From: Macrostomum hystrix
Lineage: Eukaryota > Animalia > Platyhelminthes
Assembly: GCA_950097015.1 (NCBI GenBank)
Contig: CATNEN010000038.1
Span: 13,082,001 to 13,146,000, forward strand
DNA: 64,000 nucleotides
Reading direction: 5' to 3'
Shown here: piece by piece, positions 34,606-46,634 of the stretch
How positions within the stretch are numbered: the stretch's first letter is position 1
Layout: each line of letters starts with the position of its first letter
Made by a program: the position numbers and the translations under genes
Notes under the pieces: generated by a model
The model's database searches: none
What the model saw: only the letters and a program-made list of their open reading frames with translations
Told to the model about the DNA's origin: nothing

Positions 34606-36626
34606 TGTTAGAATGTGATAAATAAGCTGTCAGCTGTAATGTGAGCATTAGTAGCTGTTTGCCTCATTCCGTTTAAACAAAAGAGAGTACATTATTCCTT
34701 TTAGCTGTAGTTTATGAATGTCCTAATTGTAGAGTAGTTTGGTCTTGGAAACTATCTTAATCTTAGCCTGCGTAAAAATTACTTTGACTAAGTTGCTTAG
34801 TTTAAGGTGGCTGAAAGAGCCATAGTTTAAATCTATAAGTGAGCACTTAAGATATAATATTGTAGCAATTAACGAACTTTACACCTTGATACAAAGCGCA
34901 AAAAAACTAATTAAGGCGAAAATCAAACATCGAATCAATAAAAAAACGAAAATAAAATATAAGGAGTTACACGAATGGGAAGTTAAAGACAACATTAGCA
35001 AAGCGTTTTTGTATTTTATGGCAACAAGTTCGTTTCAAAGCCCGTAGATTAAGACAAAATAATAATAGTTTGTATATATCAGCACCTGTATATATTGACT
35101 GATTGTTTGCGAAAAGTAATTTAAAAGCTAATTTATATCATTATCGTAGAGAAATAAAAAATTTACTTTGCTTGTCATGAAATTTGTGAGCAGATAAATA
35201 TATGTACCTAGCCATATCTTTGTCAAAATAGATAATGTTAAAGCTTCTGTGTAGTGCTAAATATAACCTGTTATCGATCTGAGAAGCAGAAAAACTGATA
35301 TCCCTATCGCATTGCCACAAAAATGGATTAAATATAAAATAATTAGGACTAAAGCGCAAGCGAGTCAATCACTGATGGTTTCAGTTACAGCAAAAGTTAA
35401 ACCCAGAAGAGGGCATATTGGAATTAACAAAAAACTCAACGGGTTCAAATCTATAAATACGCTCGTAGTTGGCCAGCAATAAAATAAGTTTTTTGTATAC
35501 ACGTGAAAGTGTTGAGTTCACAAACGTTATAATAGAACACATAATGAAAGTAGCGCAATGACCATGCTACACTAACTAGCTTCAGCAACACGGATCTGCA
35601 TATTCAATACACATCGTAGAAGCACTTTGAATATTGGAAATATAAGGGTAAATACTGATAACACAGCAAGCCATAGTTATTCAAAAAACCTCAAGTTGTA
35701 TAAAGAACGAAACCCTAGAAAGAAAAACTACCAGCAAAACAATTTAACATAAGAGCTAAAAAACAAAGGCAAGTTAAAGGTTTGACTTGATGGTCTGATC
35801 GTGGCGTCTAATATGTGCCTAAAGGCGTAGTAGGCACTATTATCAGGCAGAAAAGTTCTAAAAAACAAACTTCATATTCATTGGATCAAAATCTCTGTCG
35901 AGGCCAAACTGAGTTAATTAGACTAAATGCCAGATTTTATTGTTGCTGGCATACATTAGGCAGCACTTCCCAAAAAACAAGAGTCTAGTAACACAGATCG
36001 AACACTAGTGAATGCGTGTTTTCAATACCTGTAAAGTGCTAAAAACAATGGCAAGCACAAAAATCAATAATGAACTTACAGAGGCTACGTTTCTAAGTCA
36101 AATGAGAAGATGCAGCTCAGCCCGCTAAGCCATGTAAATTATAGAAGTTTATCGTATCCATTCATTTAGAAAAAAGTACTAAAAATTTAAAACGGGTGAA
36201 CACAGAACAGTGAGTCTCAGGATAATCGTGACAAACAATAATGTGCTAAAAAACTTATGGGTTTGAGATGGACAATAACAAATAAACTGGTCAGAAATCC
36301 ATTTTGCTTATCACAGAGCACAAAGGACGAAAAAAAGTTAAAATGTTCATACTAATATAATATTCATACTAATATAATATAAACTAATGAAATACTTCAC
36401 ATAAAGTACTCACACACGCGGTGCCTTACGAACTGGATTAATGCTTCCATCAGCAAACGGAAATGGAACACAACACAGTAAGTTATGGAATCATCAATAT
36501 GTCAATATATGGTTGTTCTTTTCATTTCGCCCATTTATCTCAAGTCTATAGTCTCGTAGGATACATAAAAATAACTTCGGTTTAAATCCTAGCCTATCTA
36601 TTTCACTGTGCAGCAGCGCCAGGCTC

Positions 36627-38121
36627 TTAGCAGCTGCAACCGGAAGACGGCTTCTCACTGGAGCCATCCTTTAGTCGGGTGCCTGCAAGTAACAATTATA
36701 AACAATAAATTTAATATGAATAAAAAAATTTCCGCCTAAAGTCCACCCTCCATTCCAACCCGAGCAAAGGAATCCATATACAGGCGGCCAGTTAAAAAGT
36801 GAGTAGCAAAACAAAACAAGCGTTTAAAAAGTTCTTCAGAGTCTTCTTGGGTTTAAATACGACATCATTTTTATGGCTCATTCATTAAGTTATATTAAGT
36901 GCAGACTCGATGTAGGTGTAAATATGCTTGATGTTCAAATACTTGGCCATTTAAAAGTGCATGGCCCCGTTTGATCACACTGTGAACGAGCCTCTAGAGT
37001 TTAACGCATGTCCCAGTAGAACAACAGCAGACACCTTATTGTAATAATTTGTGCTAAATTATTGCATAGCACAAAAATTAAAAGGTAACTCAGTGCAATT
37101 ATGAATAAAATAATTTCCTTACAGGCGCTTTAGCTGAACTATTCTCAAATCGATAAATGGAACCCAAATTTGACATTTAAATGCAACAATTACTCGTACT
37201 AAGATATACATTTTGAAGCTTACCTCCTCCACTGGTATCGCCGTCAGTAGCCTCGGACATGCGCTCACAGATAATATCAACTAGACGCTCAAACACAGCG
37301 CCAACGTTTACATTATCCTTGGCTGAGCTTTCGAAGAACTCGAGACCTGTGCGAGGTTTGGAACAATATATTAGGCTAAATTCTAATACTTTTCGAGAAA
37401 AACCGTTAATCTTAGAGCAAGGAAACTAACCCAGCTGATTAGCTAGCTGTTGACCACGATCAATGCTGACCACTCGCTCCTCGTCAAGGTCGCTCTTGTT
37501 TCCAACCAGCACAACCTGTGCATTGTCCCATGAGTAGGTTTTAATCTGGGTACACCTGGAGAAGGCACCAACAGAAGTGAGCAACCGGTACTTAGGTGGT
37601 AAAGCAGTTTAAATTAATAGCAAAAGCGACCAAAGCTACAACGAATTTACTGAACGGTGTGACTAACCAGTCCTGCACAGCGTTAAATGACTCCTCGTTT
37701 GTGACATCATACATGAGGATGAATCCCATTGCCCCGCGATAATAAGCAGTTGTGATGGTCCGATACCGCTCCTGGCCTGCCGTGTCCTAGTAGGAGAGAC
37801 GACACGAATATGAAACTGAATATTTAAGTTCGTTCCACATAACCTAACAAATCAGAAGATAACGCAAGTTTTTTCTGCATATGGACCGCCTTGATATTGG
37901 TGCGTTGGTCTCACCCAAATCTGCAGCTTAACCCGCTTGTCATCGCGGAAAACAGTCTTCACTTTGAAGTCGATTCCAACAGTGGATACGAATGCCGATG
38001 TGAAGGAATCGTCGGCATAACGAAACAAAAAAGAAGTCTTGCCTACGGAAGAGTTGCCGATGATCAGCAACTTGAACATGTAATCGAAGTTTTGATCGGC
38101 CGCATCAGATCTGCTGCCCAT
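36627..38121 (-). CDS. RAB3: Ras-related protein Rab-3; exons 38121-37915, 37786-37668, 37555-37431, 37346-37224, 36682-36627
   Basis: [79 protein letters not shown]-terminal CSC prenylation motif. Confidence 0.97.
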
Positions 38122-39135
38122 TTTATAGACAATAAGTGCGTCTCAGCTTAATTGCCAGACAAAAAATAAAGTGAACAGAATGCCGAGAACACCGTCAGAT
38201 ATTAGTCTGAGCTGCCAACGCCACGCTGCAAAGACGAGTAAAATTTGTTTTAAAAAAAGGCAAACTGCTGGATCAAATTAGATATTATGTGCTTATGTTT
38301 TACTTTAAAGCGGCTTGAGAACTTGTGGCTTGAAATCGTCTTAAGTGAGCACTCAGGCAGGAATGCTTCTCAAATCAAGATACTTGTACTCACGCTCGTA
38401 ATGGAACGAGATTAGCTTTTTATTGAAACTTATAAACACAGTCGAGCTTTAACTAAATTATTTCTTGGGCTTTAGGAGTCAAGAAAGTACATTAAGATAA
38501 CAAAAATGCCGACCCGCAGGTACATGGCAATGCGATAATAAAACATAATTTTTTGTTAGAAACATCTACGCAACCAGACTAACCAAATACTAACCAACTT
38601 AGAGGCTTCATTACAATACTACATCTAAAAGGATCCTTGACTAGGCTAGGGTCTTCTGTATTGTATCAAGATGGAACACAAACAGAAACAAACTAAAAGC
38701 ATTTATTATTTTACAAATCATTTCTTCTCCAACGATACGCTAACTACCTTAAGCAATTTTGAAGCTGTCAGCACAGTTAAATACACCTGGCGTGTCGAAT
38801 AAATAGTGGGAAAGGCAGCGGTTTACACGACATATGCCACTGAAAGCAATCAGGAAATGTATACCATAACATATACTATAACTTATTTCAACTGTTTAGG
38901 GAGCAGAAATGAGCCTGAGTTACATGGTATGCTGTGTAAACATTTAGAGATATATACTACGCTGGCTCAAACTAGCAGAATGGCATTCAAAGACAAATTC
39001 AAAGAAAAGCACTAAGCTAATAGAAACCATGGCAGGTATGGAGTTCGAATGGTAAATGAAAACGACAGGAAATCGATATTATTAACATATGCACATAGGC
39101 AACAGGCAATGCTAACCAGCAATGTAAAGACTAAA

Positions 39136-40631
39136 TCACTTATCACTGAAGTCCTCCAGTACATGAGTGACGTGCTCATTGTCCTTTAGGCGGACAGGCT
39201 TGTTTGCCTTTTTGCCAGCGCCGCCTCGTCCGCCACGACGGCCAGACCGAGGCGCGGGTGTGAAACTGGCCGGCTTCTCCGCGTCAGCCGCAGAAATTCC
39301 CTGACCGCTTAGGTACTGCTGCATTTGCTGCTCATCCAGACTCTGCACTGTGCAGCTGCGCCACAGCTTCTTGAACTCTTCGTCCACGGGTAGCTGCAGT
39401 GCTGGGTCATTGTAGAAGTAGGCTACCTTTTTGTCGCTGGTTCTTGTGACCACAGTCACTCGGTGACCAAGAATTTTGATGGCCTCATCAGGATTGCCGA
39501 GGCTTTCTTCTACGTGTTCCTTTAGTACTGCGCCCTTGCCGGCTCCCTGCATGAGACGTGTGAAAAGGAGTGACAAGAGCCATGGAAAAGCAACGATAAT
39601 TATCGGCTGACTGCGGGTTAAGGCTTTTGCTGTGGCACATGTGTAGAATATGCTGCGCTTAGCATGAAACAAGCAGTGCTTAGCGTCACTCGGCCAGAAA
39701 GCAAATATTGAAGCTGGCTCAGTTCAAATCGCTCTTCACACAATCGTCTCTCTAAAGAGGATCAGAAGTCTAACACGTGAAAAACATCATAGCCACAACA
39801 TAGTGGCAAACAAATAATTGAGGCTCGAGTTTTGTGTTTTGTGAAACTCTCATAGCCTACGTTCGCCTGCAAAACCAGAGGGCATCAGCAATACAAGTAA
39901 TATATACATTAAGTAAATGGCTACAGCAACAAGTTAATTTCCGTCCCCACCTCATCAAATTGTTTGAGCAGCTTAAGCAGATCCTTAGCTCCGGAACGGC
40001 CGCTACGGAACTGATAAATTGGCTTGAACACGTAGGTTTGCCTGGCACCATCTTGCTGCACTGTCAGCTTAGGGTTGTTTGGAAGAGCTTCGTTGCCTAG
40101 CCAGAACTTAATTGCCTGGATCGGAAGACGAGGAGGATAATGACGGCTTTAGCTCATAGAAAGAGTTCTGTTCACATCGGATTAAGAGGCTAGAAAGTTT
40201 CACATTATTTATACCATATCCGGGTATAGTCAAACCGCTTAAGGACAGATGCGTAAACCTTTTTACAAATGTTTTAAACTGAGAACTCGGAAAACCCGTG
40301 CCTGTGGCAAATTTTCTTGTTTGGTCTCCTCCAATATTTCGTCTAGCGCTAGCGGATGCCTATCGCCATCAATGTGGCGCATTTTCATGTGACCAATTAT
40401 GCGCGCCAGGGCGCTGAATCTGACACCCTGAGCCGGATGCTGATGGTGTGAGTTGTGATGCTGTTGGTAGGTGCTCTGCTGCTGCTGTGCTTGGTATGCC
40501 GAAGCAGAAGCGGCAGCGGAAGCTGCAGCCGCGGCAGCTTTTGCTTGTCTAGCAGCAGCCAAGGCGCTTTCACTAGAAGAAGCCATTTGCTTAGCAAACT
40601 TTTTACGTTCGCGTACCAGAGCTGGATCCAT
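39136..40631 (-). CDS. GTF2E2: General transcription factor IIE subunit beta; exons 40631-~40302, 40115-39951, 39546-39136
   Basis: MDPALVRER, HMKMRHIDGDRHPLALDEILEE, WLGNEALPNNPK, YVFKP, VDEEFKKLWRS, DNEHV. Confidence 0.93.
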
Positions 40632-40678
40632 GATCTGCAGAATTATTATGAAAATGAAATTCTGTGACGATTCGAAAC

Positions 40679-40683
<5 letters not shown>

Positions 40684-40709
<26 letters not shown>
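40684..40709. repeat. (TA)n microsatellite
   Basis: Directly visible. Confidence 0.95.
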
Positions 40710-40799
40710 ATCATTCTCATTCTTATCCTTGTTTACTAAATAGAGAAAAAAAGAATTTTAAAATATACATATACATATTATGCATAACATTCTAAAGAG

Positions 40800-41350
40800 A
40801 AGAATTCAAGAAGTAAATCTTAACTATCTCTATTATAAGTTTAAGCAAGACTTTACTATGGAGAAATATATTTGCATTTTAAGCCCTGAATATAGGAGCA
40901 CCCAATCCCACTTTTGTCTAGGAAGTCAAAATTTATAATGTGAAACACAATGGACTGCAAGACCAAGACTTCCCTACAAAGAAAGGATCTGCACAAAGTG
41001 TCCTGCAGAAATGGAAAACGAAGTCCATTTTCTTAAACAAAGTGTTGCTGGAGTCCATACATTTCAATCAGGGAGAAATTTTCACATTACTATCTGCCTA
41101 TGTGCCAAACTTTAAAACCTAAGTGAAGATGACAAATGCATATCCTAATGCATTAGTCAAGAAAGTGCAAGAAAGTAAAGAAATGACAGAAAGACTAGCA
41201 TCATTGATAAAAAGCCATTAAAATTAGACAATGTGCACAACTGCCCTGAATAACTTTTTACTTAAATTTGGCACAAAAATGGTAAAATAAAGTAATACAT
41301 GACATAATATTGCATACTATGGCATACTAGAATAGCAATGATAATATTAA
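40800..41350 (+). mobile_element. Highly decayed 3' end of a non-LTR retrotransposon related to the 22-kb fragment
   Basis: ERICTKCPAEMENEVHFL at 40981-41034 matches [16 protein letters not shown] at ~22833; boundaries approximate. Confidence 0.65.
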
Positions 41351-44025
41351 TGATTAAGGATAATTGTACTGATAATGAAAATGAAAATAAGGTGAGAAAC
41401 TCCATTACCATATATTTCAATGCTAAAAGTTATTACTTTTTTCTCATTCTTTTAAATCTATTGTTGCTTCTTCTTTTTAGTGTTTTATTTACTTTGATTA
41501 TTTTAATTTTAAAACAAAATATACACAGAGAGGTTGCTTGTATTAAAAGTATTTCATATCAAATGTATTCACCTAAAATTATTTTAGTGCTCTTGTGAAT
41601 GCTCTAAAATATTTCGAAATTTTAAGTGGAGTCTGCATATTATGAATATGGTAAAATAATACCTGACACTATCAATGTTGAGATCAATGTTGAAATATGC
41701 TGGTTAGTATATGGTCTGGCTGAACAGCTTGAATATTTGAATATATATTTTTATTCTGACACAGTTTGTCTAAATAATTTATAGACAAATACACACTACT
41801 TTTTTACATTTTCTGCTACTGTGTACTAGTCTTAGCTTGTCATGCTTACTCAACCACTACAAGATTAGTTCAATTCTTAAAAATGAGCATAACTAGAACA
41901 TAACTAGCCAAACAGAAAGCTCAGAAAATGGAAAATAATAGGATAATGAAGGATTTTAGCTATATACAGGCATTCTATAATTTTTTCAAAAGTAGTAGGC
42001 CTTTTAAAATAGCAACTTTGTGTAATGTATTATTAATTTCATTTAGAAGATTATTGCCAATAGCCACAAAGGTAACTAACTATGTTTAATAGTAAGACCC
42101 TAAATAACTGAAAAAGCTGTTCTTATTATACTGACCAGTACCATGTCAATAAATTGCAGACTATAGCTATGGTACCAAAGCAAAAAGCCCTGCTTATTGG
42201 CATAGAAGACTAGACTGATAGGCTCCTGCATCTTCTATATTAATATATAGAAAATATAGAAGAAATCATTTTTCATGATTTCTTATTTTTTGTCTTTCTT
42301 TCCATCCCATTTGTGTAGCGCTGGTCCTTGAAAACCAGGGGCAATTTGTGTTGCTCAGCATCCAATCTATACTGTTTCAATTTTTGCTGGTCAGCAGCCT
42401 GCATCCTAACTGCCTGCATTCACTTTGAATATTGCTTGTGTCGCAGGCCTAACTTCCTAGTAAAGTATATCCCAATGATGCCACCAAAGTTGTCCGATTG
42501 CTTCTCTTTTTAATTATCACTCTAAGGATATGATGTCACTAAAGTTGTCCTATGGTTAATTACTATTCTACATTTTTACAATGCCACCAAAGTTGTGGTA
42601 GTTCTTATTTTAATTATCCTACTTCTGACACAAAAGTTGTTACAGAGGTTTAAAAACATAACATTTAAAATTAAATGTGCTACCACTATACCAACTTTGC
42701 TGTCTGACTCTACTTAGCTGTTATTTGTGTCAGCTAATCCTCCATCTAAAACATCACACATAAGCCAATATGTCTAGTTTTCATGCTGAAAAGTGGGCCT
42801 AATTGCCACAGTACTATAGAAATAGTGGCATGGTACTGTGGCAATAAAAAATGCCTAAAAATGTGTTGGTCAATTTTGGTAACATTAAACCTTGATATGA
42901 TATAAAATTTATAGGAGTCACTTAAACCTAGGCCTATTGCCAATGCCTGCCTATCTTAGCTATGTAGACAAAAAGGTAATAAAATTTCACATGAGCTCTT
43001 AAATCATAATGAGAATTTGCTAAATGTGTCATAGTTTTTGTCTTTTTTAAACATTCTTGGATTATTCTAGGCTTTCCTGCAACAAATTATTCAAGGTTAG
43101 GCTTAGTAATTATTATATAGTATATAGGGTCTACTATTTTTAGTTTTTAGGCCTTGCTAAGTTTATTTTATCATAACCAGGCCCTTTTAGCTAAAACTAG
43201 AATGAGGAAAATATCTAGACCTTAGTATTTGAAATGGTAAGCTATTCCCAATGATTTTTTGCAAAAAGTTCATAGACATACACTAGTGTTGTGGAACTAA
43301 TATTTTGGCTCAGAAGAGTACTGAATGAAGCTAGGAACAGCTTTGGCTAAGAACCCTTTAGGAAAAAAACAATATCAGTATACTGTGCTGTGATGCATAA
43401 AGCCATGTTGCCCAATATATGTGGATGTGTGACAACAGATATTTTTTATGTGCTAGACTTGTGCTATCCTCTAAAATGTTTTTTTCTTATATGGGAATAT
43501 TATAAGCCTTATAGACTTCTTGAACTATAATCGAATAAAAAACTACAGGTTTTCCTATTGACTCATAAATTCATTACTTCACCAAATAATGAACTAGTTT
43601 ACTAGGGGGTTGAAAACCTACTAGAAGACAGTGGGTGTTGACTTACTATTGTAATTTACTCATAACTATATATAAATTAGTTGTAGTGCAAACTAACTTG
43701 GAGTTTTCATGAAAAAAAACTAAACTAGAATGATTTTTCTTTATTTTACTAACAAATTTTCATTATGAATCATAAACAACAACATGACTTTAGTTATTAC
43801 TATCATTTATCATCACTGCTATGATGTATCATTTACATACATTTTGATGTCTACAAAAGTCTTTGGGTTTAGACCCACCCTATAATAAATGGGATAGATC
43901 TTAAATAGGACCCTATGCCTCAATTGAAGTTTAAACCTAGGCCTAGGCCTATTTATTATCCACTAAGAAATTATGCCACTCAAAACCCTTTAATCACCAT
44001 GTCCTACACAACTCCTACTTAGGCC

Positions 44026-44733
44026 CCATAGTCAGGAAGGTGGCAGTTTGGTCGGAAAATTCCGGCGCACACAAGCCCTTTTTGGGCACACAATGGCGCA
44101 CAGCGGCGCACAACGGCGCACACCAGAGGACACCGGCGCATGGCGGCGCGGCGCGGCGCGGTGGGCGCTGCGCCACATGCAGCGTTACCCTTGTGGCGAT
44201 CCCATGTAACGATGTAAGTCGTTACTTGTTACAGTACACTATTCACTGTTCTATCTAATGTAACACTGCATTCTACAAAAAAATAAAAAATAAAATAAAA
44301 TATTTTCCTTTTCCTTTTTACCTTAGTTTTTGCCATTTGCTTACTTTTTATGTTTGTTTTGTTTTAAAAATTAGAAATTAAATTAAAAATTTTTTACATT
44401 TCTATTTTCGGTTTAACGATCTCAATTTCTCATAATATAATATAGATAGCCCGTAACCGTCCCGTATTAACCATTATATTCTCTTGTCTCGTGACTCGAC
44501 TCTCGTACCATAGTAATAACTAAAGGAAATATTATAGGGGTAGGGTTTATTGAAAATATTGGCGCACAAAAATTGTTGCTATGTTGTAAAAAAAGGTCTT
44601 TTATTGTCGCAAGGCAGGTAGTGGCGGGCGCACAACGGCGCACACAAGGGTTTTTGTGTCGGCGCACGGCGCACAATTTTGGGAGAGGCCAAAATTTGTT
44701 CCGGCGCACACTCTGCCACCTTCCTGACTATGG
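44026..44733. mobile_element. 708-bp non-autonomous DNA transposon with 8-bp TSD (hAT- or P-like)
   Basis: Perfect 21-bp TIR CCATAGTCAGGAAGGTGGCAG, TSD CTTAGGCC on both sides, subterminal GGCGCAC arrays. Confidence 0.93.
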
Positions 44734-46634
44734 CTTAGGCCTAGTGTGCCATTTCTATATATTAGGATAGGGGCCTACCAAACCACAAAAGCCTTTAGGC
44801 CATCCTATAATAAATATGAGTAATATTCAATAGATGCCTTTAGTAGGATTAAAAGTTAATCCTCTTTATTACATTTGTATTTTCCATAGGGCCACAAAAA
44901 ACACCCAACAAAAATTTTCATTTTAAAATTCCTAGTTCCCTATGTACCACAAAGTGTGGTCATCCTATCATAAAGAAGCTATTCTATATAAATTCGTTGT
45001 AAGTGGAACAAAATGGTTTTCTTTTTACTCAGCACCTCTAAAAACCATTTAGACCATTTACACTAATTTATCAATCTAATTAAACTGGAACTATTTTATA
45101 TGAATAAAGTTCAAGAAGCCCCTAGATAGGCCTAGATAGTTAGGCCGAGGCCTAGAAATGGCTAGCTAATAGAATATTATGTCGTATGACATTATGTCTT
45201 ACTTAAGTGAGTAGTAAATCATTTACACAATTACAAAACAGCATATTTCCACTTCTGCCTAGTGTCTAGTGTCTAGTGTGGACGACTGAAAGTGGTAATC
45301 GCGTAAATCGCGAAAGGTTATTCCAAGAGACATAGTAGTAGTCGATTGGCTTATGCAAGACGCCTGGTAGACCAATAAAGAATGGCTGGAATATAATTAA
45401 TAATTTTTCGGTCAAACCACTGATGTACAGTATAAAGCTGCTGCTACTTTTAAATATTGTAGTACTTTGAAGTGTTGCCGCTTTCACGCGAGCTCGGTTC
45501 TAATGTATCATTATGTTTTTAATAGTTCTTTTACATGTTAAAGTTTGCGCTATCAATAGCAATATTCGAGTATTCGCAATACATTTGTTTTAAATTGTAA
45601 ACAATAATAATTTTAAAAACTGAATTACACTGCGAGCATGTGATCCGAGCGGTAACGTTTGTCGGAGCGACAGCGTGTGAGGCGAGTGTATTGTCCGAAA
45701 GTGAACTGATTTCCCTCCAGCTAATGTGAAATACCGTACTGTTGAGAGAAAGTGTTACACAGATCAAATTCAAATTTAATTGCAGGTCAAACCAAGCAGA
45801 TATACTAACTTACGAAGTTAACATGTTAGATGTTACTAATGTTATGAAATTGTCCTTCCCCTCAAAACAGTGCGATTTTGTTAAACAAAATCATAATTTA
45901 TAATGTATATCCGCCTATCATTCAAACCGTCTTCTGTATTTTAATGTTAATACTTTGTTATGCTAATATTTAAGCTGAGGCTCTGATCAAATTTAAACAG
46001 TTTTGCACGTCTTTTCGAGGCGTCTCGGGAATCAATTTTCGCTCAGTTACAGTAAGTTCGTCTTCTTAGTGCTAGCTCGTCACCTAGTGTTCCTTATCGC
46101 GCAAATAAACATAATAATATCTCAGCAAATCCATCAACATTAAAAAGTTCAACTATCTTCGTGTTGTTAAATTCAAGAGCGCGGCAACCACAAGTAGTAA
46201 ATTTATTACACTAAAAGGTATTGAATAAGCACGAAGATTAAAAAATTTACGGCCAAAGGCGGGGATAACGACAAGTTATGCCTGTCGTAAATATTATTAA
46301 ATATTAAGAAAAACTGAAAAAGTACTTTTCTTTGAACGAAGTACAAAAGCAACAATATTATGGCATATTTCGTATACACATCGGCAAGGTGGCCCCAAAA
46401 AGCGGATCGGTATTTGAGGTGGTGCCCGGATGTGATGTGCGTGTCGTATACTCGTAAACTTGTTATTATTAACAGTTCCCGTTGCTTAAGAAGACTATTC
46501 CTCGGTTCTGTACCCCAGTTAACAAGCGCGGAGGGGGAACCCCTCACAAATTTATTCACCTTTCTGCTTTTTATTCTGTTTCTCGCTTTAACAACTCAAT
46601 TACAAGTTATTGTGGCTTTTAAGCTAAAGCAAGA

